DNA of 64,000 nt from Octopus vulgaris (GCA_951406725.2 OX597814.1:175150001-175214000), one strand, 5' to 3'; shown: positions 1-13,975, counted from the first letter of the stretch. Translations and numbers: made by a program. Notes: generated from the sequence alone by a model not told the origin.

Positions 1-82
1 ATATTGTCCTAGTACATAGGAATGACTATACATCATTTTATGTAATCTTCCTTTAATAAATTTATTTTTGCATTATTTGTAG

Positions 83-172
83 TCTATGTCTGCTGCCAGT
101 AAGAATGATTTTATGCAACTGTTCAAGAGTTCCAGTACATGTTCTCATTGATACAGGAAAATCACCAGAAAG
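83..172 (+). CDS. TRAPPC8: Trafficking protein particle complex subunit 8, penultimate coding exon
   Basis: Acceptor tttgtAG at 81-82 and donor GTtagt at 173. Phase-2 exon reading LCLLPVRMILCNCSRVPVHVLIDTGKSPE, which resembles the recalled TRAPPC8 C-terminal segment SLCLVPVTLLLSNCS. It splices in frame to 4284. Confidence 0.9.
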
Positions 173-3100
173 GTTAGTACTGTTAGTCATTCATAATGTT
201 TAATTTTCTTCTTTGTAGAACAGGATAGAAGTATTAGTCTAAATATATTTGTTCCATTTTTTTGCGCAGCATTTCGTGGTTGCATTCCACCCATCTTCTT
301 TTGATACTCCATTAACTTAAAGTGTTATTGTTTCTTAAGAACGCCTCAAAATTTTTCCAGTAGGTTTTCATTTGGAACCTGACAAAGGATTTCGTACATT
401 TTGTCAATCAGTTTTAACATCAGAATGTTAGATTTATTTATTTACATAGCTTTCTTTCATAGTAACATTATCCTTTGTCAAGATTCTGATATTTTGTGCC
501 TGCATTTCCTCAACCCTGTATGTTTGTTTTCAAGAAAATCTTTCTGTTAATTCCTACTCTAAGATGTTTTTGTATTTGTTGTATGGATTAAAAAGAAAAA
601 CATTTCTATTGAACTTTAAAATAGGTAAATTAATATCCATATATTTAAACAATTAATGCTACTATTGTTTATTAAGAGTAACCTTTGTTCTATCTATTAT
701 CTTTCATGTTAGTTTTCCATTTTATTAGTGCAATGTTTAAAAGAAGCTTACCTGTATTAAGCAGTTTTGCTATTACACTGGTCTATATTGATAAGGGTTA
801 AGTATTTGGTAATCAATTGTTGTTTGAAAAATGAATAGATTAAGAAAAACAAATTTTGTTTCTGATTTAACTTTTGTTACTTATATAATTGACATAGTTT
901 TTTTTTAAATTACTGATGCATTAAGAGTGTTTTTTGATGCTATGGTTTACTATAAAATAAACTTTTAGATGCTTTATACTACCTCACAATGGACAGAAAA
1001 GGAGGGATCAGTTGAATCAGTTTCAGTTTTTACTGAGATGTCATCAGCAACTGACTGTCTTTAACTGTTCGTGGTGACATTGTATTTATAGCCATTATTA
1101 TTAAGGGTTTTATTTAACTGGATATACTGATTTGCATAAATGTTGCCTTTCTTGGCAGTGAGTTTAATTAATAAATTAGGCATTAGTTTAATTAATTTAC
1201 ACATAAAATGTTGATTGAAATCTAGGTTTATTTTCATTTTTGCAGTCATATTAATACTATATCAATTTGCTCAAACACATCTTACTCAAATTTTTCAGTT
1301 AATTTCATTATCAAAATGTTTGTAAAACTTTAGTGTTTCTCTTTCCCCAAGTAGGGAAGAAATTGATTGCTTATTATTTATAAAGCAAAATAGATCTTCC
1401 TTGTGAGAAGTTTAAAATTTAAGTTTTATTATTTAAAGCTATATGGAATTCAACAAACTATTTTACCATTTTCAATGATATTTTATTTCAATTTCAACAA
1501 CCAAAAAAATTATCTTCACTCTATTCCCTTATTCTTTTATACTCTCATATGCATATTCCTGTTGGCATTGTTACTCCAAATTTCAGAATTTCCCTTTTTT
1601 TTTTATTGAAATGCCAAGATTAACACTGGTTATAGGGCTTTTTTTCTCTTATTTTTTAAACTGTGTATCGAAGTCCCTAAATGATTTAAAGATTATAATC
1701 ATTTGCATTTTGTGTGAGAAAGGCAGAGATAAAGAGAAAACGGGACACAGAATATATTTTGGATTTTATTTATTTAAAAAAATGTCTGATGGAATACAGA
1801 TTCATGTTATTCCACATGCTATTTTATTTGGCTTTTCACAACTACTTTGCTTTCTTTCACTAGTTTTGATCTGTTTCTGACATTTCGTTGCTTTAGTTCT
1901 GACCACTAGTTTTTGCTTTACATTTTATTGGGATGGAATATATTGGGATATTTTAGCATGGATTTGTTTTTTATACAGCTGCATTTTATCTTCCAAATCA
2001 CTGCTTTTTTTTTTTTTAACTGTTTCGGTTCTTATCTCACATTTCAAAAAATTTTCTTTGCTGATACTATATATTGCCACATTTTATAGTTAATGCAGCT
2101 ATTGGGAATAGTTTATAAATCCAGCCTCACAGATATTAAAATTATTCATTTTATCTGCATATGAGGCATTAGTATTTATAGTTCATAATATGTAAGAAAG
2201 GACAAAAATAATTTCACTTACCTCCTTAAGAAGAATAAATATTAATAACTTTATTTAGTCTAAGAGAACCATGTTCTTGATTTAACTTATGTAAATAATG
2301 CATATATGATATTTACTTGAATATAAGGTAATGTCAAATATGACTTCCACAGCTAAAAATTCATTTGTTTTATCCTTTTTTATATTGTTAAAATATTACA
2401 CTGTAAGCAATATCTCTTTTTCACATCCTTAGTTGTTTATAAAGGTATATACTCATGATTTTTTTTACTTTACTAGCATATATTGGTAATGTAACTTACT
2501 CATTTTAAACTGTCGTCTTTTAAACAATGGTGTGTAACTACACACCATTCTAACAGAATTACACATCATGCTAACAGAATTAACAATTGCCATTCAATTG
2601 TATATGCATCCAGTATTTCATAGCTGTAGGCAGTGATCTGTAGACTTAATTTAAATAGATATCTCAGGATTACTGCCTTTAGTATAGTTTTCATAGGTTT
2701 ATTGCATTAGTTATTTTAAATGGGTATAATGCCATCCCCATATTCCATTTTGCTTCTGATTTCATAAATTTTTCTTGATATACATAAATACAATATTTTG
2801 CTGGAGTGGGTGATGATTAAAAACGTTTAGCTTGCTTTTAGATGTGGGGATAAAACACAAATAGAGGTGAGGAGAGGTTAGCTACATTGAGTGGTTTTTA
2901 GCTAAGTTAATATGCAACATCTAGTTCTGAAGTGCAGAAACCATTGTAGTCGCAGTAAAATAGACATTGCTGATAAGGAAAGAAATTGTGATTAAAATTC
3001 TCAAGTGTTCTTAGACCAAGCTGGATGTTGTAAAGTTTGGTTCATAAAAGGATTCTTGGGTTTGTCTCACATAGTTTTTACAACAATGAAAAGCTGAGAC

Positions 3101-4283
3101 AGTTGATCTAAATTTTCCAAATCAATTTTTTTATTAAATAACGTAAAACCAGTTAGAATATCCAAAGCACTTCAAAAGCTCAATATGTTATAGAAATTAT
3201 GTAAAGCATAAAGAAAATCTTGTTTATTATAAACTTCACTTTAATTCTTTATATCCTCTATAGAAAACTCATATCTAAACATGCGAACTAAGAATTGGAG
3301 CAGTGAGGGTTAAAAGAAAAAGACACTTAAATGCCTATTGGCATTTTCTGTATTATAGATTAAAATTAGTTGCTGCTGCTGTTGTTGTTGATAGCCTAAG
3401 TTAGCTGTGTTTAAGACATACAGCATAGAGGTGGCTGATCTAATGTGGTAATAGTGTTGAATTTTGTCTGGTCAGGGTTTTAACTATAGCCATCCTGTCT
3501 TTTTGGTGAGCATGTTGTCCTTAGCTTTGAGGATTTAAATTATATAGTACTCATTTGAAAGTCTAGGAAAATTGGCTGGTACACTGTGTAATTACATATA
3601 GATATTTTTTCATTGTAATTCTTTAACATAGCATAAAGGATAGCCTCTGGCAAATCAAGAACAATTTTCAGTTGTTGTTCTCAGTACAACAACTGAAAGA
3701 TAGTTACATACATACATATATAATAATTATATACATATATAATAAGATAGTTATATACATATATAATTATTTTATACACATGCACACGTATACTACTATT
3801 ACTGTTACTACTGCTAACTAATAACTAAGTGTAAAAGGGGGACTAAGGCTAATGGTGAAAATATATCTTTTATCTAATTCATCTGAATTATTTAAGAAAG
3901 AAAAATTAAAATAGACTTCTAATGTATATATACATAAGGTATGAAATGTTTTGAAATCCTTTTACAATTTGAGAAGAAATAATTAACTGCCAAGACAATA
4001 GATTTTTAGCTTCAACTTTTTAATTTTTGTCTCAAATATATTTTATTCCTAAACACTAAAAATGTTAATTCAGTAAGTTGTTATTTCATTTTATTTAACC
4101 TTTAATATAAATGCTAAATATTTTGAATTGTTACATTTACTTTGTTGATATTGTGTTTTGTACATAGATAACTTGTAATTTTCTTAGTTATAAAGATTTT
4201 CTCAGTAATAAGTCTAGATAAATGAAAATTGTTTCTCAAAATAAAAATAAAAAACGCCTTCCAATTTTTACTATTATTTTTAG

Positions 4284-4623
4284 GCTGAGCAGTAGTGGTG
4301 ACCAGGTTTTTATCTCAGCAGAAACTACTACTTCATCTGGAATAGGGACACCTGCACCATGTGTTGGATTACCATCATATTTATCTTTGTACCAGCAAAG
4401 TCAGAGCAATGCTTTTGTATGGTGTGGTCATTCGCTGATTGATTTACATATAGGACCCCAGCACTCACAAACTGTTACCCTTACTGCATGCTTTTCCAAG
4501 CCTGGAGTCTATAATATTAATCAGCTCTCAGTATTTGTCACCTACACAACTGATTCCTCAGAGATGATCCTGCAGAAACAGAGTGCTCCCAGTCTTGTTG
4601 TTATAAGTGATATTTCTTCATGA
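4284..4623 (+). CDS. TRAPPC8: TRAPPC8 terminal coding exon
   Basis: Acceptor ttttttAG at 4282-4283, phase compatible (AG|G = Arg). Reads ...FVWCGHSLIDLHIGPQHSQTVTLTACFSKPGVYNINQLSVF...APSLVVISDISS*, matching the TRAPPC8 C-terminus pattern (FTWLG...LKACF..GVYNL...PALIIIS). Confidence 0.9.
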
Positions 4624-5854
4624 TGATCCACATTTTTCATAATGGAGAAGAAGACTAAAAAATTTTTTTCTTTTCCAGTTCATAAATTTAGCAACTTAAT
4701 TTTTTTCCCCCCTGAATGACGGTACTTAGCCTAACTAACCTTGGTGATTACTTTGACACCAAAATGACACTATTTCTGATTTTCCAAAAGTGCTAATATG
4801 AACAGTCTCCATTAATTGAAATCAAAGACACACATACAGAAGCTCACACAAACTTACACACACAAAGTAGCACTTCAAAATATTGGTTTGTTGTGTGCAC
4901 ATGAATGGAAACTTAAGATGACTGATTGATGAGAGATTTTATTAGATGAATGGATTGTTTCAAGGGACCTGATTACTATATAAAAAGCAGAAAAGAAAAT
5001 GGCAACTTTGTAATTGTGAAATATTTTGATTGTATTTACTATTCTGGTAAAGGAGCTTATTAAAGTTTTACTTTGCCTTTTCACTGACCTTTAAGTATAT
5101 TTCATTATTTATAATTTTTTTTTAATTGACCTTCAAATCTTTGTTGCATTAGATTTCTATTTTTTCCTCAAATTTAGCTTGTACTTGCAGATTTTGGGGG
5201 TTTCAGAAGAATTAATTGAGCAACAAATCTGGTGTGTATAAAATCTGGTTTCAATTCCAAAATGATAAGATTGTAAAACAAATTTTTTTTTTCTAAATAA
5301 AGTATTCATATTGTTAATTCTCCCATTATCTATGGAGATATATACAAACAATTTCTTAAAATATAAAAAAATGCTTTTCTAAATTCATTTCTTTAAGTTT
5401 TCACTTTCTTAGTGTTTACTTGTTATTCATTTAAATATCTTGAATCAAAACACTTGAGTTCTTAAGAAATTAATATTGACTCTCAATTGAAACCAGTGTA
5501 ACCAAAAAGAACATATTTGCTGGCATATAATGAGTACCAGAGTTAAAGACATACCAACAGCTTTAGAGTTGTGATTTAAGAGGAAAATGTATTGTCCAAG
5601 TTCACCCAAACATTTTCCATGACCTGCTCTATAAAAGGTTTTCAGGATACATAAAAAGCAACAAACAAATATATGCCAGCAACTATGTATTGAGGAGCCT
5701 GAATGCAAAATAGAGAGCATGTTATTGATCTCATTTTATTTTTGCCATGGAAAGTAGTTACTATGCAAATGTTTGATCAGCATTCTTGATGTGAACATCT
5801 CATTTATTCTTTTTTTTTTTCTGGCTTTTTTATTATTATTATTATTATTATTAA

Positions 5855-6070
5855 AGCAGTGAACTAGCAAAATCATTAGTGTGTTGGAAAAATGCTCTGC
5901 AGCATTGCTTCCATCTCTTTGTTTTCTGAGCTCAAATTCTGTTGAGTTTAACTTTGCCTTTCATCCATTCAGAAGTTAATAATATAAGTACCAGTTGAGC
6001 ACCGGATTCAATGTAATCAACTAACTCGCTCCTCTTTAAATTGCTAGCCTTGTGCTAAAATTTGAAACCA
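5855..6070 (+). mobile_element. Diverged tRNA-derived SINE (family B; gcctttcatcc...aagtaccag core)
   Basis: Colinear with the younger copies at 28343 and 37900; flanked by (ATT)n tracts. Confidence 0.7.
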
Positions 6071-7079
6071 TTATTATTATTGTTATTATTATTATTATTA
6101 TTATTATTTGTTTAAGAAAGCATCATGTCCTAAGTGTAGATCCAATTGTAGAGATTGCAGGGCAATTTTCGGGTGATTTTACTCCTACACTGAGCTGAAC
6201 AGGCAATTAAATAGAATTTCTCTTACTATATAAAATGCATGTTCTAAAAAAATAAAATGTTTTATATTAAATACACAAGTGATAGAAAGAAGAAAAAAAA
6301 AAAGGAAAATTAAAAGGTGCTCAAACAAGTTGTCTGTATGATTTATTTTGCCCTTCAGTAGGATCATGAGCTAGATTCTTTAGATATTAGAACCCCAGTG
6401 CCCTACCCACCCTGCCACCTATATTTCTGCTCTCAGGAGGTCTTCCCTACAGATTTTTCTGTAATTCTCGTGATAAATTATTTAAAAGAAAATTTTCCCT
6501 CTCCAATTTTCTCTGCCTCTTTCAGTGCATGAAAGGAATAGCTGGTTATGGGTTTTATACATGATAACACACCTCAGTATTGAGCAAACAAAATCTCTTG
6601 CCTAGGGTCTACCAGATACTGTAATATTTTAACAAGGAAACAAATCTGACAAAGACACACTTGTGTTGACTACAACTCCTCATGATATTATCTCCCCTGT
6701 GTTATTCCATTCTTTATTATACCTACACGTGTGCATGCACACACACAATTATCATCATTGAGCTGTAAAGCCACATAAGTGACTCAAGGGCATAGTTTTG
6801 TGCATGACACTCATCGAATTTATGTGAATTTAAGAGCCTTACATGAAATAGAAATCAATAAGCAAATTAGAGCATATATTCCTTTATCATTTAATTCTGT
6901 TTTGCCATATTGAATTTTTTTTTCCTAGTATGTACCACCAAGCATATATATATATATATATATATCTTTTTTGAAACAGTGGATCTCGAAGCACATAAAG
7001 CTATAAATATGTAAATATTGGATAGAAAAAATTGAAGGTGACCCATATCAACACATACACACACACACACACACACATA

Positions 7080-7270
7080 TGATGGGGTGTTGAAAAGTTC
7101 CTGGCATTAGGTAAAAGAAAATACAGGAGGATCAGTTAATTATGATTATTATTGAAAGTAATCCCCTCTCAGATTCACACACTTATTGCAGTGGTCCTTC
7201 AGTTTCTCTAAGCCCTGTAAAAGAACTTGAAAGATGGGGCCTCCAACCAGGCCTTTTCAGCACCCCATTT
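7080..7270. mobile_element. Mariner-derived MITE
   Basis: TIRs atggggtgttgaaaagttcctgg / ccaggccttttcagcaccccat. The antisense interior reads like a mariner transposase C-terminus (GLEKLKDHCNKCVNLRGDYF). Confidence 0.7.
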
Positions 7271-10200
7271 TATATGCTCATTAAAATTAATGTGCATAAA
7301 ATATTTTCAAAAGAAAAATATTTCGATCCTTTATGTGTGTGTATATGTGTGTACATGCATACATACCTTTTTCTACATTTATTTGTCATTTGTTAAAACA
7401 GTGAATTTTGTTTCTCTTAATATCATGTTTATTCTAAAGTTTATCTATGCAGTTGATTTACTATTTCCTTATTTTGAGTTTTATTATTTTTTTTTTAAAG
7501 AAACCAGTTCTGTACTTGTACATTATTCACTATCTATGGATGATCAATATACTATAAACATCCACTGTAAATTGTAATATCAATAACTTCTGTTCACCAC
7601 TATGTATAATTTATTAACATTGTAGACTTTGATTTTTGAAGTAGTACGTCGTGGAATCTGTTAGGAAACACTTGAATTAAGAAGGCAAATGTGAGATGGA
7701 AAAATGGGTTGGTGAATATGTGTATACACATGTGATATGCAAACACACACACAGCTAAAGTTGGCAGTCAATTCCTCCTGTCCATCATACATTGCTTCCA
7801 GTGCAACATAGGATGCTTTTGCACCTCTCTGAGTATTTAACCCTCATACGAACACTCATTTGTGTCAGTATATCTGATATATAGATCTGCACATGTGGGT
7901 TTAGAGGTTTACTTCTCAATCCTATTGCACAGCATCATGGGTGAATGTTTTTTTACTATAACTCTCTGCCAGCTAATGCCTTGTGAGGGAATTTAGTATA
8001 TCAAAACAGAAGTGTGTGTGTATGCTATGGCTACAAATGGTGACCTCGCTGTTTGTAGCTGGGCTGCAACTGGTGATGTTTGTCAGCACTTCTTGTTAAC
8101 AAACTGTCACTAGCTCTGTGTGTTTGAAATTCTTTCAAAAGAAGAATCTTTTCTTATTTGAAAAAACAGCTAAGGGTTAGTAAGAAGAAGAGCATCCAGC
8201 TGAAAATATCTTGCCTCAATATAACTCCAGTCTAAGCCATGCTAGCATGGAAAAACAAACATTAGAGGAACAAACATTCATACATATGAACTAAAAAAAA
8301 CTTTAGTGTAGAAATATAGTTATTAATAAAATTCAGATATCTACAAAAGCTGTATTAATTTATTAAAATACTATACTGCTGTGATGGGATAGTCTCTTTG
8401 TTTTGTTGACCACCTTTCTTTTATATATTTTATTAGCACCTAAACACATGTGAGTTAGTATTATATTTTACTTCTAACATTACAATTTTTTTTTTTCAAA
8501 AATGAAACTGAGAAATAAATACATAAAAATGATTTATTTGGGAAAAAAGTGATTATTTGTTTATAAATGGGATTTATTTACCTTCCAATTATAATTTTCA
8601 TTATAGAAATATTCTGAATAATACAAATTTGCTGTCTTCTTTAATGGAAAAAAAAGTCTCTAAGAAAGATATATTTTTCTTTAATTAAATTTACTTGTTC
8701 ACGTGGTGGTCTTGAATGAATAACGAATGTATAATATAAATATAGTTATAAATGAAGAATAATCAAATTTTCAAAAAAAAAAATTGTTTGAATGACATTC
8801 TAGTTGAACAATGGCATTCTAGTTTGTCATTTTGTTTTTGTGAAGTATTGATCTCCCATGGAAAGATTGAAAATAAAGTGTTATTTCTATTTACTAAAAT
8901 CCTCATCCTTTCACTATCATTCAAAGAATTATGTTTTATTTATTTCTCTATTTTATTTATTTTTATATTGCCGGGGCTACACAAATCTATGTAGAGTTCA
9001 GTGAACTTGACCATGGACACAGAGAAACGTTTTGCTGAGCTTGTGCTCATCTAAAAATTTGACCTTTTAACAAATTCACTTCTCGTATCACTCCCTCCCT
9101 CAGTCTCTATGTACTTCTGTTTTCCATTTCACATTACTATCAACACTATTACATAATGCGGAAGCTACTGTACATTAGTCAATCATCTAGAAATGGCAGC
9201 CAAATTCACTCAAATATAGTAAAACAGTAAAATTTGAGAAAACTAGTGATGTTCAAATACATCCTATTTTTAAAAAATAAAAACATGGACATTATGTCCC
9301 TAATATATGAAGGTACAAAATGGTTATGGTTGGAATACCTTTGATCATATATTGATTTAATTGTAGCATACCTGAGGCTAAGCAACAACAACAATCACCT
9401 ATCTGCCACCATTCAAATTCAGTATTATCTGCATTAAATTTCACCCAGCTATCATCTGAACCTCATTATCTGGTAATGTCTCAGAAGGCTACAAGATTTT
9501 CCCAACTCCATTGATGAAGAAATGTTTAAGAATCCTCCAACATTCCCATCTTCCTATTGTTTAGGAATGTTTAAAACTCCTACAGCACACATAATTACCA
9601 ACTCCTGCTTTCATGGAAGGTTTAAGATAACTTACCCTCCTTTTCCATTGTGTAGGAAGATTTAAGATGGCCACAGTATTCCCCAGTCTCGTCTGACATA
9701 TTACTCACATCACACCACCTCACAAAGTATTTTCTTTTTCCATGCAACACTAACCACTAAGCCTACTTCTTTCCCAGACTGACAGTCCTCTAGAATTTCC
9801 ATCCTGCTCATGTTTTTCTTCTGATGTTTTAGCAAGTTAAAATACAAGCTATCAATTTTACTAATCTCTCAGAACCTGCAAAAGTCTTGGACACTGCTAC
9901 ATTCTCCCTCTGACCAAACCATTAAAATAAGTACATCCACTATACAATGATGGATCTTGCATTAGTTTCAGTGATTATTCCAGTTGTTCAATAAATGAAA
10001 CTATTTATTTGTTGAATTAAAAACGAATGTGGTTGAGTATTCCACAGACAGTTATACCCTTAACATAATCCTTAGGAAGAATCAGTGTGTCGTATATGAT
10101 AAGGTTGGCTCTTTGAATCTCAGATTTACTATATGACAGGTTTTCATACTGTTTCTATTTAACCAATGTTAGTCACAAGGTATGAAGAGCAGGTAAGTTC

Positions 10201-10680
10201 AACCAGAGGTTATAATAGAAGTACTTGCCTAAGATGTGATGCAGTAGTCACCATATTTTTGTCGATGCAACATTAAGAACTTCAACTAAACTCTTTTCTA
10301 AAATGACTAAAAAATTATATTGGAGGCAAAGAACCTCTATAAACCAACAAGAAATTCTGCCATTTCTTTGTCTTTCCGTCCTCCCCAAATCCCTTTCTCT
10401 TAGGAGGGATGATAAAGTTAGTGGAAAGGAGCCAGAGAAGACATGAAAATACTCTTAATTGATGCCAACACTCACCATTACCAGTTTCCAATAAAGAAAG
10501 AAAAATGTTTCTGAAATACTTTAAAAAAAAATTATCAGTATGTTGGTTGTAAAAACCTTGCTTGCTCTTACTCTCCCTCTCTCTTTGTTTTTGATTACCA
10601 GCAAATGAATGAGTACTCAGTACATGTAGATTATATGAAACTTATAAGTTCTGGTAAAACACTGGTTTGTTTCTCATGAA

Positions 10681-10895
10681 CCCTTTAGCATTCACATTAT
10701 TCTGTCAAAAGTCATGCTTATTTATTCACAGTTTTAAATTAATCATATATTATCTTGTAGCGTTGAGATTTTGATGAGGTGATCACTTATTTTTTAGAAT
10801 GACATTGTAGAGTAGGTATAAGAGGCTGGATCTGGCCAGTTTGAATGTAAAACAGAATAGTTTGGACAGATATGGCCAGTTTGAATGCTAAAGGG
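10681..10895. mobile_element. piggyBac-type MITE (~215 bp)
   Basis: TIRs ccctttagcattca / tgaatgctaaaggg, flanked by TGAA on both sides. Same family as 23525, 52684 and 55209. Confidence 0.85.
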
Positions 10896-11039
10896 TGAAA
10901 GATCAATCTGGTGGTGGGTTGTACCTTAGCAGGATCTGTCAGTAATTTTATGTGACTTATTGTGTAGTGGAGATACAGCAGATTACTGATATGGGTAGGG
11001 AAAAGCCAACAATTTGAATAGAGAATTTTGGAAGTTTTC

Positions 11040-11570
11040 TGAAAGAAATGGCTCTCTGTGACAGCAGAGATAAGATCTGGGCTCTTTTGTTAAGTGATCA
11101 TGTTGCCTGTTTCAGAATTTGGAATTATTCAGTTAAGCATAATTCACAGTCCTTGCTCTCTAAATCCATTATATTGCAGGCAATTCCATAATTTTTTGGT
11201 ATATTGTGCTAAAGAAGTACAATTCACTCATTCATCTTCGATGAGTGTAAATGATGGTTGTATCTGATCTTAAAGTGGCTTGCAATAAGTCCTGGGTGTT
11301 ATTTTTGCTATATATACTGCTTCTCATAGAGGCAAGATTTTTCAAGTGGACAATTTTGGAGTTTTCTGTAATTAAAAGCTGGCTGTTGGGGTGGGATTGG
11401 CTTTGTGTGTCTGGGTAGTCCTACTGTCCAGACAGAAGGTTGCTTTCATTTATTGGGGTTGAAAAGTTTTTAATATTTGCATGTATTGTTGGTAAATGAA
11501 TTAATCAAGATAAGACATTCCTATCTATGCTGGTGTAGGGAAGTATCCAGTCATATAGGAATTTTTTTTT
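11040..11570 (-). pseudogene. Penelope-like element fossil (linker plus GIY-YIG endonuclease)
   Basis: Minus-strand fragments KLFNPNK, NYRKLQNCPLEKSCLYE, FKIRYNHH, SKDCELCLTE and LNKRAQI match the PLE (Neptune-type) order CNCR..CPL..CL / FK.RYNNH / C.LCL.E / LNKRSE. Confidence 0.75.
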
Positions 11571-11599
11571 AATTCAAGGTACTCTCAACAAATATCCCT

Positions 11600-11945
11600 A
11601 CACTAGAACCCTGAACTAGATAAAGATGGGAGTTTATCAATGTCCAACATGAACAGCTATACCAAAGAAAAGAACTGGTCTGAATAGTTAAGGAATACAG
11701 TTAGAGCATCAGTATTAAAACCAACCTTAGAATAGTTAGTTTTTAAACATGACACTAAATCTGTTTATCCAGGATAAAATAATTTTGGATACACTATAGC
11801 TTTAAAAAATTCAAGATAATCATTATTGGAAGAATTTATTAATGTGCAACTATCACAAACTCTTCAACACTAATAATGTAAAAGTAAGATAGTGTTGTCA
11901 GGGCAGCATTGCTTTCCAGATTTCATACCACAATCTAAGATGCGC
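11600..11945 (+). pseudogene. Second Penelope-like fragment, opposite orientation
   Basis: 11851-11939 reads YHKLFNTNNVKVR*CCQGSIAFQISYHNL, resembling the PLE linker LHKIFNRNTVKVSYSCM.N...ISSHN. The left boundary is approximate. Confidence 0.6.
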
Positions 11946-12143
11946 ACTTAACCGGCTAACACTCTAACAAAATGGGTATGATGCAGTCTTCCACTGAATG
12001 ATTCTAAACAAAGAATCAATCCACCAGCAGATTATATTCAACTTCACATCACCGGAAAGTCCTCATGTGATATAAAACTCTGAGTAAAGAGATAGTAAAG
12101 TCATCAGCAGTTTCCTAATAAATTAAAATATTATTAAAAATAT

Positions 12144-12357
12144 TTGTCTTTTTTTATTGTCTTTCTTTTATCTTTCATTTTATCACTTTTTTTCCTTTTA
12201 TTTCTCTCACTCATACACTCTCTTTTCTATTTCTATATATTTCTTTTCACTTTCTCTATTTTTCTTTATTTTTATCTCTTTTTTTTGTCTTTTTCTTTTA
12301 ATTTTCTTTCTCTCTTCCCTTTATCTACCTTTTTTTCTCCACTCTTTTTCTATTTTG
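12144..12357. repeat. T/C-rich low-complexity tract
   Basis: Almost purely pyrimidine with interspersed A; generates spurious F/L/S ORFs. Confidence 0.85.
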
Positions 12358-13289
12358 TAAACCTCCAGTAGGAAGAGCAGTACCTATGATCTCTCACAGG
12401 GTCTTGGAGGGAGAGAAATGGTGGTGGTGGTGGTGGTGGTGGGGCAGCAAGAAAATAAGGAGTGATCTGGTTTGAATGCTTTCAACTGAGTAGGATCCCT
12501 AAAGGCACCCAAGGGCCAGGTGGTGGTGCTTTACGAAACAACAGATTTCCTTTATCTCAGAAACATTTCACAAAGAGGAATATATCAGTTTGTTAAGAAG
12601 AGGAGCCTACTTGGTAAAACTTTTCTGAGTTATTTTCTCTCTCTTTCTCCCTCTCTTTTACTCTTCCCCTTCAACAACCAAATATACCTATACTCGTGTA
12701 CACACACACACACACTACTTACATGAAATATTAGTTACACTTGCTCCAGACCTGATTTAGAAAAATACATTAACATCAGCTCACATTTCTACTTTACGTC
12801 ACAACAACCTCCTTTCCTCTCTATGCCTGCCTCTGTGTGTGGGGGTGTCAGCCTCTGTGTGTTTGTGTGTACTGTATACGTGTTTCTTGCTGTGTACATG
12901 CATTTGTTTACTTTTCTTACGTATGAATGTGTATAATTGCATGCTTCTTTCTTGTTATGCGTTGTGTATGTGTGTGTCTGTGCATGCAGGCTAACTTGTG
13001 TATGTATAGGTTTGTTTATCGGTTGTTGTGTATATTTGTGCTTACTTTCATTTATATATGTATCAATGTATGTAAATGATTACGTATGGGGTGGGGCAGG
13101 GTATGTGGGATAAATAATGCACACGGTCATCTACTATATCAGAATTGAAACAATAAAATCAAACCTCTTAATTTCATCTATAAGATATATTGCTAATGTT
13201 ATATTAACTGCTAGAAATAGCAGTTAAAACTCCCTCAGTAGTAACACCATCTTCAAAAAAGAGATACAAAATCTGACTATATATATGGA

Positions 13290-13630
13290 AAAAAGATTGC
13301 TCCCCAAACACATGGTTCTGGGTTCAGTCCCACTGTGTGGCACCTTGGGCAAGTGTCTTCTATAGCCACGGGAGTGTATTTGATAGATTGAAACTAAAAG
13401 AAGGCTGTCATATATGTGTGTGTTTGTGTGTGTTTGTCCACACCACCAATTGACAACTGTTGCTGGTGTGTTTATATCCCCATAACCTAGTGCTTTGGCA
13501 AAAGAGTCCAATAGAATATGTACTAGGTTTAAAAAAAGGGACCTGGGATCGATTTGTTCAACTAAAACCCTTCAAGGCAGTGCCCCAAACTGGCTGCAAT
13601 CAGATAACAGAAGCAAGTAAGATAAAAGAC
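13290..13630 (+). mobile_element. SINE family A (tRNA head, ccttgggcaagtg core, internal TG tract), diverged
   Basis: Colinear with the young copies at 26008-26846. Confidence 0.8.
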
Positions 13631-13676
13631 ATACAGTTTTAACGTCAGTACCTAATTCAAAAGAATCTCAATTATT

Positions 13677-13681
<5 letters not shown>

Positions 13682-13712
<31 letters not shown>

Positions 13713-13975
13713 GCATATGTATATATATATGTATATATGTGTGTATGCATATATATGTATGTATGTATATATATATATATATGTATGTATGTATATATAT
13801 ATATATATGTGTGTATGCATATATATGTATGTATGTGTATATATATATATGTGTATATATATATATGTATGTGTATGTATATATGTATGTGTATATATGT
13901 ATGTGTATATATATATGTATGTGTATATATATATGTATATGTATGTGTATATATATATGTATGTGTATATATGTA
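13682..13975. repeat. (TA/TG)n compound microsatellite
   Basis: Directly visible. Confidence 0.95.

Noticed and set aside
969-1063. Possible extra TRAPPC8 exon (ttttag|ATGCTTTAT..., MLYTTSQWTEKEGSVESV...)
   Set aside because: The protein-like frame is phase 0, incompatible with the phase-2 upstream exon; there is no good donor and no recognisable homology.
4222-4283. N-terminal part of ORF 4222-4623
   Set aside because: Intronic; the real exon starts at the AG acceptor at 4282-4283.
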